Source of the DNA: Kiritimatiellia bacterium
GTDB taxonomy: Bacteria > Verrucomicrobiota > Kiritimatiellia > RFP12 > JAAYLN01
Length of the DNA stretch: 63,469 bases
NCBI GenBank assembly: GCA_017509565.1
Contig: JAFWPM010000057.1
Coordinates: 1 to 63,469, forward strand
Direction of reading: 5' to 3'
Shown: piece by piece, positions 1 through 7,739 of the stretch
Numbering within the stretch: the stretch's first letter is position 1
Layout: every line of letters begins with the position of its first letter
Position numbers and translations under genes: made by a program
Notes under the pieces: generated by a model
What the model saw: only the letters and a program-made list of their open reading frames with translations
Told to the model about the DNA's origin: nothing
The model's database searches: none

Positions 1-3000
1 CGCAGCTACGACCACACGCTCGTCTTCCCGGTGGACGTCGATATCGGCCGTCCCGACTCGCCCGTGACCGCGTCGATCCCGCTCGTCAGCGGCGGTGCGA
101 CCGTGGACTACGGAATGGCGGACGTCCGCACCGACGCGAACGGTGTCGTCCGCTTCTGGCTGCCCGAGGGCAACAGCCTCGCGGAGATCGACGGACGCTA
201 CTACCAGATTTCGATCGGGAGCGAACGTTCCTGGGCCCGGCCGTGGAACTCGGGCCTCGCCGTGAACGGCGTCAACATCTCCGAATTTTCTGGCGAGGGC
301 TGGACCTTCGACCTCGCGACGATGTCCGTCCACCTCATGGGCGCCGGGCCGTTCGAGCTCTCCGGCGAGGAGTCCGGCGCCAGCGTCTCCGTCGAGAGCG
401 ACTGCGACGTCGTCCTCAGGGACGTCACGCTCGCGACCGGCGAGAACGGCCTCACGGCCCTGCATTTCGGCGACGGCGTCACGGCGACGCTCGAGCTCGT
501 CGGCACCAACTCCCTCGCGAGCGGCCAGTATCACCCCGGCCTCGGCATCGCGGAAACCGCCTCGCTCGCCATCCGCGGCGAAGGCTCGCTCGCGGCGACC
601 GGCGGCGAAAACGGCGCCGGCATCGGCAGCGCCTGGACCGACTCCGCCGGCAACCTCACAATCGAGGGCGGCACCATCGTCGCGCAGGGCGGCTGGCTCG
701 GCTCCGGCATCGGCGGCGGCTTCGCGAACACCAGCGGCGGCGGCTGCGGGACGATCGTGATCTCCGGCGGCGACGTGACCGCCACGGGCGGCAGCAGCGC
801 CCCGGGCATCGGACAGATCCAATCCACCGCCGGCCATGACGGTTCGATCCTCGTTGGCGGCGGCGTCGTGACGGCGACCGGCGGGAACGGCGGCGCCGGC
901 ATCGGCGGAAAGGGCTCCTCCTCCCACTACGTGGCGACGCCCGTGATGATCTCCGGCGGCGTCGTGAGGGCGACGGGCGGAGAAGGTGGCGCCGGCATCG
1001 GTGGCTGCAGCTCCAGCATGGCCGACGTGACGATCTCCGGCGGCGTCGTGACGGCGACCGGCGGCTACCACGGCGCCGGCATCGGCGGCGGCGAAGGCGA
1101 TAGTGTGCTCGGCTTGGGCGCCGGAAACGTTCGCATCTCCGGCGGCATCGTCACGGCGGCCGGCGGCGAAGGCGCCCACGGCGTCGGCGGCGGCTACGTC
1201 TCCAACGGCGGCACCGTCGAAATCACCGGCGGCACCGTGGCTGCCACCGGCGGAGCCGGCGGCATGGACGTCGGCTTCATCGGCCCCAGCGGCGTGGCCG
1301 GCAGCGTCGTCTTCGACGGCGGCTCCATCCTCGCCGACATGGGCGACGTGAAGCCGGCCGCGAAGAACACGGCCGGCGCGGCGGTGTGGCGCGTGGACGT
1401 GGCCGTCGACAACCCCGACCCCGCGCGCGCCGTCGCCGTCACCGGGCTCGACGGCTACGGCGTCGCCGACATCTACCCCGACGAGAACGGCGACATCCAC
1501 CTCTGGCTCCCCGACGGCACCTACGACTTCGAGGTCGACGGCACCCCCGTCCACGAAGTGGTGGACGGCTCGTCCGTCTTCATCCCGCTCGGCGTCGCCG
1601 TGGACGGCGTGGACGTCGGCCACGGCTCGGGGCCGAACTGGGTTCTGGACGACCAGAAGCGCATCGTCCTCTCCGGTGCCTGCGTCGTCTCCGGCACGAA
1701 CACGCTCGACGGCCTCTCGATCCGGTTCGAGACCTCAGACGAGATCGTCTTCTCGAACGCCTGCATCCGGTCCCAGCAGGGATTCGCGGTCGCGACGAAC
1801 GTGAGTGCCGTCGTCCGCGGCATCGGCCGCAACGTCGTCGCGCCCACCTACTGGCCGCGGCTCCTCGAAGAGGGCGCGAGTTTCACCGTCGCGGGCGGAA
1901 CGTTCATGTTCCGGAGCGAGGAAACGTTTACCATCCTCGGCGGCTCCGTGACAGGGATCCAAACCTATTACGCCCGGCCCCAAAACGTAGACGGCGCCGC
2001 CCTCTGGTGCGCGGACATCCCCGGCTTCGCGCCCGGCGAGGCGGTCGGCCCGTTCCAGGGCCTGCCGGAATACTACGACACGACCGAGCTCTTCGCGGAC
2101 GACGGCGGCGCGCTCCACCTCTGGCTCCCGGAAGGCCTCTACGTCGCCACGAACGCCGTCGACGGCGCGAAATGGACGATCCGCATCGGGCCGGACGGCG
2201 AGGCGACCGTCGTCGCGTGGAACGACGACTTCACCGTGAACGGCGTCAACATCGCACAGCTCTCCGGCGAGGGCTGGGACTTCGCGACGAACGTCCTCAC
2301 CCTCGCCGGCACCGGGCGCTACACCGTCCGCGGAACGAACGAGCTTGGCGGCGTGCGCATCGTCGTCGCCTCGGATGCGATCGTCGAGCTCGCCGGCGTC
2401 TCGCTGCGCGCGGAGGCGCCCTTCGCCCTCGGAAACGGCGTCGCGGCGACCGTCCTGCTCAACGGCCCCGGCAACCGGCTCGTCGCGACGCGCTACTCCG
2501 CCGCCGGTCTCTTCGTCCCGGAGACCGCGTCCCTGACGATCACCAACGCGACCGTAGACGCGAAGCTCGTCGCCATCGGCGGCGGCGCCGCCGCCGGCAT
2601 CGGCGGCAACCACGGCGACAATCTTCGGGTCGGCTCCATCACCCTCGCCGGCGGAACCGTCGAGGCGCACAGCAGCGCGACCGACGACCTGGGCGAGGCC
2701 GCCGCCATCGGCGCCGGGCGCGGCGGGAAGGCCGGCCCGATCCGCATCACCGGCGGCAGGGTCTATGCCTACGCCGGCTCGAAATACGGCTACGCCTCCG
2801 CGGCCATCGGCGGATCCCTCCGGATGGCGGAGGCCTACACCGGCGGCCTCGTCGAAATCTCCGGCGGCACCGTCTACGCCTGCGGCGGGCGCCAGGACGC
2901 CGACGTCTTCGCCTCCGACATCGGCGACGGCCTGACCTACTCCCAATCCTACGACAACAACGTCCCCGTCGTCATCACGGGTGGCAACGTCGTCCTCGCC

Positions 3001-4434
3001 CACTTCGACTCGGAGAAGGAGCGCTTTACGCAGAGCCAGTGCGCCGTGACGAACCTGGCGCACGCCGCCGCCGGCCGCGTCCTCCACGCCGTCGTCGTCC
3101 CCCTCGGCACGCCCGACGCCGCGGTCGCGCTTCTGGTGCGCCGACCCTCCGATTCATCGGAGGAATCATCGGAGGTCTCCTACGGCACGCGCGACCTCTA
3201 CGCCGACGCCAGCGGTGACCTCTATCTCTGGCTGCCGGACGGCGACTACACATTCGCCATCGGCGAGACGCACTGGGCCGCCTCGGTCGCCGGAGCCGAT
3301 ACGGTGGCGCAGCTCGTGTCGCCCGCAGATCCGCTCGGCGTCTTTGTGAACGGTGTCGAAGTCGCGCACGGAACAGGCGACGGCTGGAGATACAGCGCCG
3401 TCTCCTCGCGGCTCACGCTCACGGGCGACGGACCGCTCGTCCTCTCCGGCACGAACACCCAGGGCAAGGTGCGCGTCAGGGTCGAGACCGAAGCCACAGT
3501 CACGCTTTCCAACCTCTGTCTCAAGGCAACGGCCAACCGCAACACTCCGTTCGCGATTGTCTCTAATCTCGCGGCGCGCGTCTGGTTCACCGGCACGAAT
3601 ACGCTCGAAGCCGGCCGTTACTGCGCCGCGCTCGAAGTGCCTGGCGTCTCGGATCTCGAGATCGGCGGCGACGGCTGGCTTTTCGCCAATGGCGGCGCGA
3701 CAAGCGACTACTGGGGATGCCCGGCAATCGGCATCAGCGACGGCATGTATTATGAATTCCAGCACCAGTCCGTCACAATCACTGGCGGCAACATCGTCGC
3801 GCTCAGCGGCGCGGTTGGAACTGTGAGCGGAATCGACGATCCGGTTATCTCCGGCGGAAACATCTTCATTGGCCGACATCCGAACTATGACCACTACGTG
3901 CTTGCGAATTCCGGCGCGAAGACACCGCAGGGCGACGACGCCGCATGCGTCGAAGTGCCGGGGCTGGAGCCGAACGCGCCCGTCGAGTTCAAGGGTCTGC
4001 CCGAGTATTACAACGCCTCGGACATCTATGCCAATGCCGAGGGCAAGGTCTATCTCTACCTCAAGGCCGTGTATGACGAGGCCGACGGCATAACCTTTAC
4101 CGCCAACGGGGCGCGCTACAGCGCGGTGGTTTGGAACAAAGGCGAAGCGAACACGGCCGCAATAGTCGAAAGCACAGCCCCCGACAGCATTCGCATCGAA
4201 GCCATCGAAATCGACGGCGACGTGGTTAGGCTGACAGTTTCGGCGGAGCCTGAGGGCTGGATGGAGACCGGCGCCGAGACTCTGAAAGTGCGGGCCGCGC
4301 CGGCCCTGCCGCTACCGGACGGCGACGACGCGCTGCTTGCGCCGGAAGCCACCCTCAACGCCGACGGCACCGCGACGCTGGCCATCCCGCATGGCGGCGC
4401 CCCCGCCATGTTCTACAGGGTGGAGGTGCAGTAG
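1..4434 (+). CDS. Giant secreted/surface repeat protein, 5'-partial (parallel beta-helix-like GGxGAGIGG repeats)
   Basis: Frame 1 is open from base 1, so the GTG at 31 is probably internal. There are dozens of ISGGxVxAxGGxxGAGIGGG repeats. VNGVN..SGEGW and DxYADxxGxLxLWLPxGxY motifs recur 4-5 times. Strong GC3 bias. Stop TAG at 4432-4434. Confidence 0.75.
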   Translation, partial: RSYDHTLVFPVDVDIGRPDSPVTASIPLVSGGATVDYGMADVRTDANGVVRFWLPEGNSLAEIDGRYYQISIGSERSWARPWNSGLAVNGVNISEFSGEGWTFDLATMSVHLMGAGPFELSGEESGASVSVESDCDVVLRDVTLATGENGLTALHFGDGVTATLELVGTNSLASGQYHPGLGIAETASLAIRGEGSLAATGGENGAGIGSAWTDSAGNLTIEGGTIVAQGGWLGSGIGGGFANTSGGGCGTIVISGGDVTATGGSSAPGIGQIQSTAGHDGSILVGGGVVTATGGNGGAGIGGKGSSSHYVATPVMISGGVVRATGGEGGAGIGGCSSSMADVTISGGVVTATGGYHGAGIGGGEGDSVLGLGAGNVRISGGIVTAAGGEGAHGVGGGYVSNGGTVEITGGTVAATGGAGGMDVGFIGPSGVAGSVVFDGGSILADMGDVKPAAKNTAGAAVWRVDVAVDNPDPARAVAVTGLDGYGVADIYPDENGDIHLWLPDGTYDFEVDGTPVHEVVDGSSVFIPLGVAVDGVDVGHGSGPNWVLDDQKRIVLSGACVVSGTNTLDGLSIRFETSDEIVFSNACIRSQQGFAVATNVSAVVRGIGRNVVAPTYWPRLLEEGASFTVAGGTFMFRSEETFTILGGSVTGIQTYYARPQNVDGAALWCADIPGFAPGEAVGPFQGLPEYYDTTELFADDGGALHLWLPEGLYVATNAVDGAKWTIRIGPDGEATVVAWNDDFTVNGVNIAQLSGEGWDFATNVLTLAGTGRYTVRGTNELGGVRIVVASDAIVELAGVSLRAEAPFALGNGVAATVLLNGPGNRLVATRYSAAGLFVPETASLTITNATVDAKLVAIGGGAAAGIGGNHGDNLRVGSITLAGGTVEAHSSATDDLGEAAAIGAGRGGKAGPIRITGGRVYAYAGSKYGYASAAIGGSLRMAEAYTGGLVEISGGTVYACGGRQDADVFASDIGDGLTYSQSYDNNVPVVITGGNVVLAHFDSEKERFTQSQCAVTNLAHAAAGRVLHAVVVPLGTPDAAVALLVRRPSDSSEESSEVSYGTRDLYADASGDLYLWLPDGDYTFAIGETHWAASVAGADTVAQLVSPADPLGVFVNGVEVAHGTGDGWRYSAVSSRLTLTGDGPLVLSGTNTQGKVRVRVETEATVTLSNLCLKATANRNTPFAIVSNLAARVWFTGTNTLEAGRYCAALEVPGVSDLEIGGDGWLFANGGATSDYWGCPAIGISDGMYYEFQHQSVTITGGNIVALSGAVGTVSGIDDPVISGGNIFIGRHPNYDHYVLANSGAKTPQGDDAACVEVPGLEPNAPVEFKGLPEYYNASDIYANAEGKVYLYLKAVYDEADGITFTANGARYSAVVWNKGEANTAAIVESTAPDSIRIEAIEIDGDVVRLTVSAEPEGWMETGAETLKVRAAPALPLPDGDDALLAPEATLNADGTATLAIPHGGAPAMFYRVEVQ

Positions 4435-4436
4435 AG

Positions 4437-4547
4437 GAAGTGCGGCGAGGAAGTGCGGCCTGAAGGGCCGCACTTATCAAGTTGAAAACATGCAAAGCGA
4501 AATTGCCAACCAAACCAACATGAGCAGGGCGGCCCTTCAGGCCGCCC
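4437..4547. repeat. REP-like hairpin pair A: GGAAGTGCGGCCTGAAGGGCCGCACTT (4449-4475) and its inverted copy GGGCGGCCCTTCAGGCCGCCC (4527-4547)
   Basis: Perfect GC-rich palindromic hairpins. The same composite unit recurs at 5557-5635 and a single unit at 7412-7430. All three downstream units are preceded by CAACATGAG. Confidence 0.75.
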
Positions 4548-5662
4548 GGGGCAGTGGCGGATCGAAGATCCGCCACTGCCGGCGCTTCCACGGCTACGAC
4601 TACAGCCGCGGCGCATCGCTTTTCGTGACCTTCGCCGTCAAGGGGCGGCGCCCGGCGTTTGGGCGGGTCGAGGGCGATAAAGTCTCCCTCTCGGCCGCCG
4701 GGCAGGCCGCAGTCGCCACCATCCACGCCGAAAACCAGCGCCAAGGCGCTGCCGTGCATGCCGTCGCCAGCGTCGTCATGCCCGACCACATCCACCTCCG
4801 CCTAGTGCTTGCCCCAACGGCCGAGCCCGAACCCCTGCGCCTCGTGGGGCAGTTCGTGGCCAACGTGAAGCGCTGGACGCGGGTCCGCGCCGCCGAGGCC
4901 GACTGCGCCATCGAGTGGGAGGATGGCTACCACGACCATATCTGCGTGTCGCGCTTCATCAACGAAAAGGTCGATGCCTACATCGGCTACAATCCGCTGA
5001 AATACACGCTCATGCACGGCGCGGACGCCCCGCTCAAGGTGCATGAGCCGCTGATTTCCCCGCGCCTCCCAGATGAAGAATGGTGGACTGCGGTGGGCAA
5101 TGTGGAACTGCTCGCCCCGGAGCGCAGGATTGCGGCGGTAAGCATCTCGCGCACGCTGCGCCCCGAAGACATGCCGGCCGTGACGGGGCGCCTGCTGGCG
5201 GCGGCGCGCTCGGGCTGGGTTGTGGCCAGCACCTTCATATCGCCAGGGGAACTCGCCGTATGGCGCGCCCTGGAGGCGGAGAGGCTGCCATGCATCAAGG
5301 CGGTGTCCGATCCGCTGAAGATGGTGTATCGCCCGAGGGTGGAGGAAACCGCCGCCTTTGCAGAAGGCCGGCTCGCGGTGGTATCGCGCGAATGCCCGCC
5401 CGTAATCTCGCGCTACGACGCCTGGCATGGCATGGGCGCGGCGCTGGCGCAGGCCGCAGCGGCGAGCGGCGGCGGCACAGGCGCCTACATCCACCGCAAA
5501 GGCGGACTCGCCTCGCCGCGTTGGGAGTTTCGCGGCCAGGCCGCTGGCGCGGCGAGGAAGTGTGGCCTGAAGGGCCACACTTATCAAGTTGAGACATCTC
5601 AACATGAGCAGGGCGGCCCTTCAGGCCGCACTTCCCCGGGAAAAACACGACCCCTGGCGTAA
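4520..5662 (+). CDS. IS200/IS605-type Y1 (HUH) transposase-domain protein, RayT-like, with a ~230-aa C-terminal extension of unknown function
   Basis: N-terminus reads RRFHGYDYSRGASLFVTFAVKGRRPAFG. HUH motif is MPDHIHLRLVL. A Tyr-region motif WEDGYHDHICV is present. The track ORF start at 4337 overlaps the previous gene, so ATG 4490 or 4520 is more plausible. The 3' end reads through REP pair B, so both ends are uncertain. Confidence 0.65.
   Translation: MSRAALQAARGSGGSKIRHCRRFHGYDYSRGASLFVTFAVKGRRPAFGRVEGDKVSLSAAGQAAVATIHAENQRQGAAVHAVASVVMPDHIHLRLVLAPTAEPEPLRLVGQFVANVKRWTRVRAAEADCAIEWEDGYHDHICVSRFINEKVDAYIGYNPLKYTLMHGADAPLKVHEPLISPRLPDEEWWTAVGNVELLAPERRIAAVSISRTLRPEDMPAVTGRLLAAARSGWVVASTFISPGELAVWRALEAERLPCIKAVSDPLKMVYRPRVEETAAFAEGRLAVVSRECPPVISRYDAWHGMGAALAQAAAASGGGTGAYIHRKGGLASPRWEFRGQAAGAARKCGLKGHTYQVETSQHEQGGPSGRTSPGKTRPLA
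5557..5635. repeat. REP-like hairpin pair B: GGAAGTGTGGCCTGAAGGGCCACACTT (5557-5582) and GGGCGGCCCTTCAGGCCGCACTTCC (5611-5635)
   Basis: Near-identical to pair A. The two hairpins are reverse complements of one another. Confidence 0.75.
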
Positions 5663-5718
5663 CCTGTGCGCCTTTCGCGTGTATACGACATGACAAGCAA
5701 TAGATAAGGAACAATACA

Positions 5719-7350
5719 ATGCCTCTCAACGTCACACCCAATGTCAACATTGACACGCTCCGCAATCTGGATGCAAACAAGACCTATTTCCTCTCCTCCA
5801 CGACCGGCAGGGTCAAGGAGGCGAGCATCTGGATGCGTTTCAAGTGCGCCATTGGCGTACAGAGCGCCCGCCAGAAGGTCAGCAATCTCGCGGATGCCGT
5901 CCGCGCGACGCTGCTCGACGCCGTTGGCCAGAGGAGCGACACTGGCCTCGAAGCCGACATCAGGACGATGGACATCGGGCACATGCTGAAGGGCAGCGCG
6001 ATCAAGAACATCGTGAACCGCTTTTCCGTTGCGAACGCCGGGACCATGGCGAAGGCGGACGCCACGGCCATCGCCAAGGCCATATCCGGACCCTTCGCCG
6101 CGAAGCTGGCCGCGCGCCACATCGGCATCGGCGACAGCCAGGCCATCGCCAGCATCTTCATGCATGCGTTCAAGCCAGTGCTCGACGGCGAGCTGCCGAT
6201 GAAGAAAGGCCCGGACGGCCACCAGGTCCTCGACAAGGCGGAAGTCGAAATGAAACTCAGCGAGGTGGCCAGGTCGGTCGAAAGCCTGCTCCACGACGTC
6301 GCGATGAGCGACAACCTCCGCGGGCTCCACATCGACAGCCACTACGCGCGGCACATCATCATGGTCCTCTTCCGCGAGGACGGCACCCGCAGCGAAGACG
6401 GAATGTCCGACCTGATGCCGCCCGACGAGGCCTTTGCCGCCAGCCTCTACAACCTCGACAAGCACAACGCGACGCAGAACAGCTTCGTCCACGACGAGCT
6501 TGTCAGCCATGGACGCGACCCAATCGCCTACGCGAAGAACATCCGCGAAATGTGCGGCGGGGACAAGGAGCTTGAAGCCATTGTCGAGCTCGGGCTGCGC
6601 TCCATCTGCGGGACCGGCGCCAACGAGCTGCGTCCCGACGACGTGGTAGCCAAGAAGATCGCCGACCTCAGGGACAACCTCGCCGAGGCGCGCGAAGTCG
6701 AGAAGCGGTTCCCCGGCTTCATGCCGGAGTTCATGGAGGCGATGTACGACCTTGCCGGCACCGCGATGCCAAAGGGCTCCATTGCGCGAATGGCCGAAGG
6801 CGTCGCCCGCGCCGACGTCTCCAAAATCTCCAAGCTAAACAGCTTCTCCGGCCCCGGCGCCATCCTGGAAGCCATCGACCAGCTTCGGACGGTAACGAAC
6901 GAACTGGGCAATCCCTATCAGGTGTTCGCCGACAAGCAGGACGACATCATTGCGGGAGGAGCCATGTACGGCGCCCCGCGCCGGATCGTGCAGGCGCTCG
7001 CGCTGGCGAAGGCCGGCCCATCGGCCCGCGCCCGCATTGCCAACGCGATGCACGGCACGGCCAGCCGCGAAGCGCTCTTCATCCTGGAGCGGCGCCAGTT
7101 CGAGGCTAAGTCCCCCAACCTGTACCACGGCCGCGAAAAGGACCTTCGCAAGAACCTCTTCGAAAACGAGATCGAAACGCTCAACGAGTTCTACCACCTC
7201 TTCCAGTCCCACGAGAACGCTCCAGAGGACATCGACTCCAAAGGCATCACCTGGGAGCAGGCGATTGAGGACAACGACTTCGACTTCGACCCCATGTTCG
7301 ACGCCCATGTTGCCAAGGCCCTTGAGGCCGAGCAGGCCGCAGGGCACTAA
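5719..7350 (+). CDS. Hypothetical protein, 543 aa, no recognisable domain or signal peptide
   Basis: Long ORF with coherent codon bias and an ATG start. Bracketed by REP units at 5557-5635 and 7401-7430. The antisense and alternate-frame ORFs are Arg/Pro-rich artefacts. Confidence 0.6.
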   Translation: MPLNVTPNVNIDTLRNLDANKTYFLSSTTGRVKEASIWMRFKCAIGVQSARQKVSNLADAVRATLLDAVGQRSDTGLEADIRTMDIGHMLKGSAIKNIVNRFSVANAGTMAKADATAIAKAISGPFAAKLAARHIGIGDSQAIASIFMHAFKPVLDGELPMKKGPDGHQVLDKAEVEMKLSEVARSVESLLHDVAMSDNLRGLHIDSHYARHIIMVLFREDGTRSEDGMSDLMPPDEAFAASLYNLDKHNATQNSFVHDELVSHGRDPIAYAKNIREMCGGDKELEAIVELGLRSICGTGANELRPDDVVAKKIADLRDNLAEAREVEKRFPGFMPEFMEAMYDLAGTAMPKGSIARMAEGVARADVSKISKLNSFSGPGAILEAIDQLRTVTNELGNPYQVFADKQDDIIAGGAMYGAPRRIVQALALAKAGPSARARIANAMHGTASREALFILERRQFEAKSPNLYHGREKDLRKNLFENEIETLNEFYHLFQSHENAPEDIDSKGITWEQAIEDNDFDFDPMFDAHVAKALEAEQAAGH

Positions 7351-7400
7351 CCCCAACAATATCCGGGCGGCCATCCGGCCCCAACCCGGCAACCCAACCC

Positions 7401-7430
7401 CAACATGAGAAGGGCGGCCCCAGGCCGCCC
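7401..7430. repeat. Third REP-like unit: CAACATGAGAAGGGCGGCCCCAGGCCGCCC
   Basis: Shares the CAACATGAG + GGGCGGCCC..GGCCGCC hairpin with 4517-4547 and 5600-5629. It lies between the hypothetical gene and the STAS gene. Confidence 0.6.
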
Positions 7431-7442
7431 GGAAACGGAAAA

Positions 7443-7739
7443 ATGAACATCGACAAGAAACTCGAAAACGGCCAGCTCTCCATCGCCCTCTCCGGCCGCC
7501 TGGACACGAACACCTCGCCAGACCTCGAAAGCGAGCTCAAGCTTGACGGCGTGAGCGAAATCGCCTTCGATTTCGCCAGCCTCGAATACATCTCATCGGC
7601 CGGGCTCCGCGTCCTGATGACGGCGCAGAAGGCGATGATGGCCTGCGGCGGCAAGATGACCATCGCGCATCCAAACGACATGGTCAAGGGCGTGTTCGAC
7701 ATGACAGGGCTCAGTTCCGTCTTCACACTCATCCCATGA
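7443..7739 (+). CDS. STAS-domain anti-sigma-factor antagonist (SpoIIAA/RsbV-like)
   Basis: 98 aa. Contains LSGRLDTNTSPDLE and the phosphorylatable-serine region FASLEYISSAGLRVLM. Its stop overlaps the next gene's start (ATGA, 7736-7739). Confidence 0.85.
   Translation: MNIDKKLENGQLSIALSGRLDTNTSPDLESELKLDGVSEIAFDFASLEYISSAGLRVLMTAQKAMMACGGKMTIAHPNDMVKGVFDMTGLSSVFTLIP

Noticed and set aside
1386-3218. Long alternate-frame and antisense ORFs with extreme Arg/Pro/Gly/Ala composition. Examples: 1386..3218 (+), 1735..3087 (-), 8585..10432 (-), 14301..15884 (-), 23643..25184 (-), 46139..48181 (-), 59884..62811 (-), 61188..62687 (+).
   Set aside because: They overlap ORFs with clear domain signatures. 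They have low-complexity R/P/G-rich translations and lack the GC3 pattern of the real frame. These are typical stop-codon-poor shadow ORFs in GC-rich DNA.
4337-4519. N-terminal extension of the RayT-like ORF given in the track (start 4337).
   Set aside because: It overlaps the 3' end of the preceding gene in another frame and translates the REP hairpins. The recognisable transposase domain begins after 4560.
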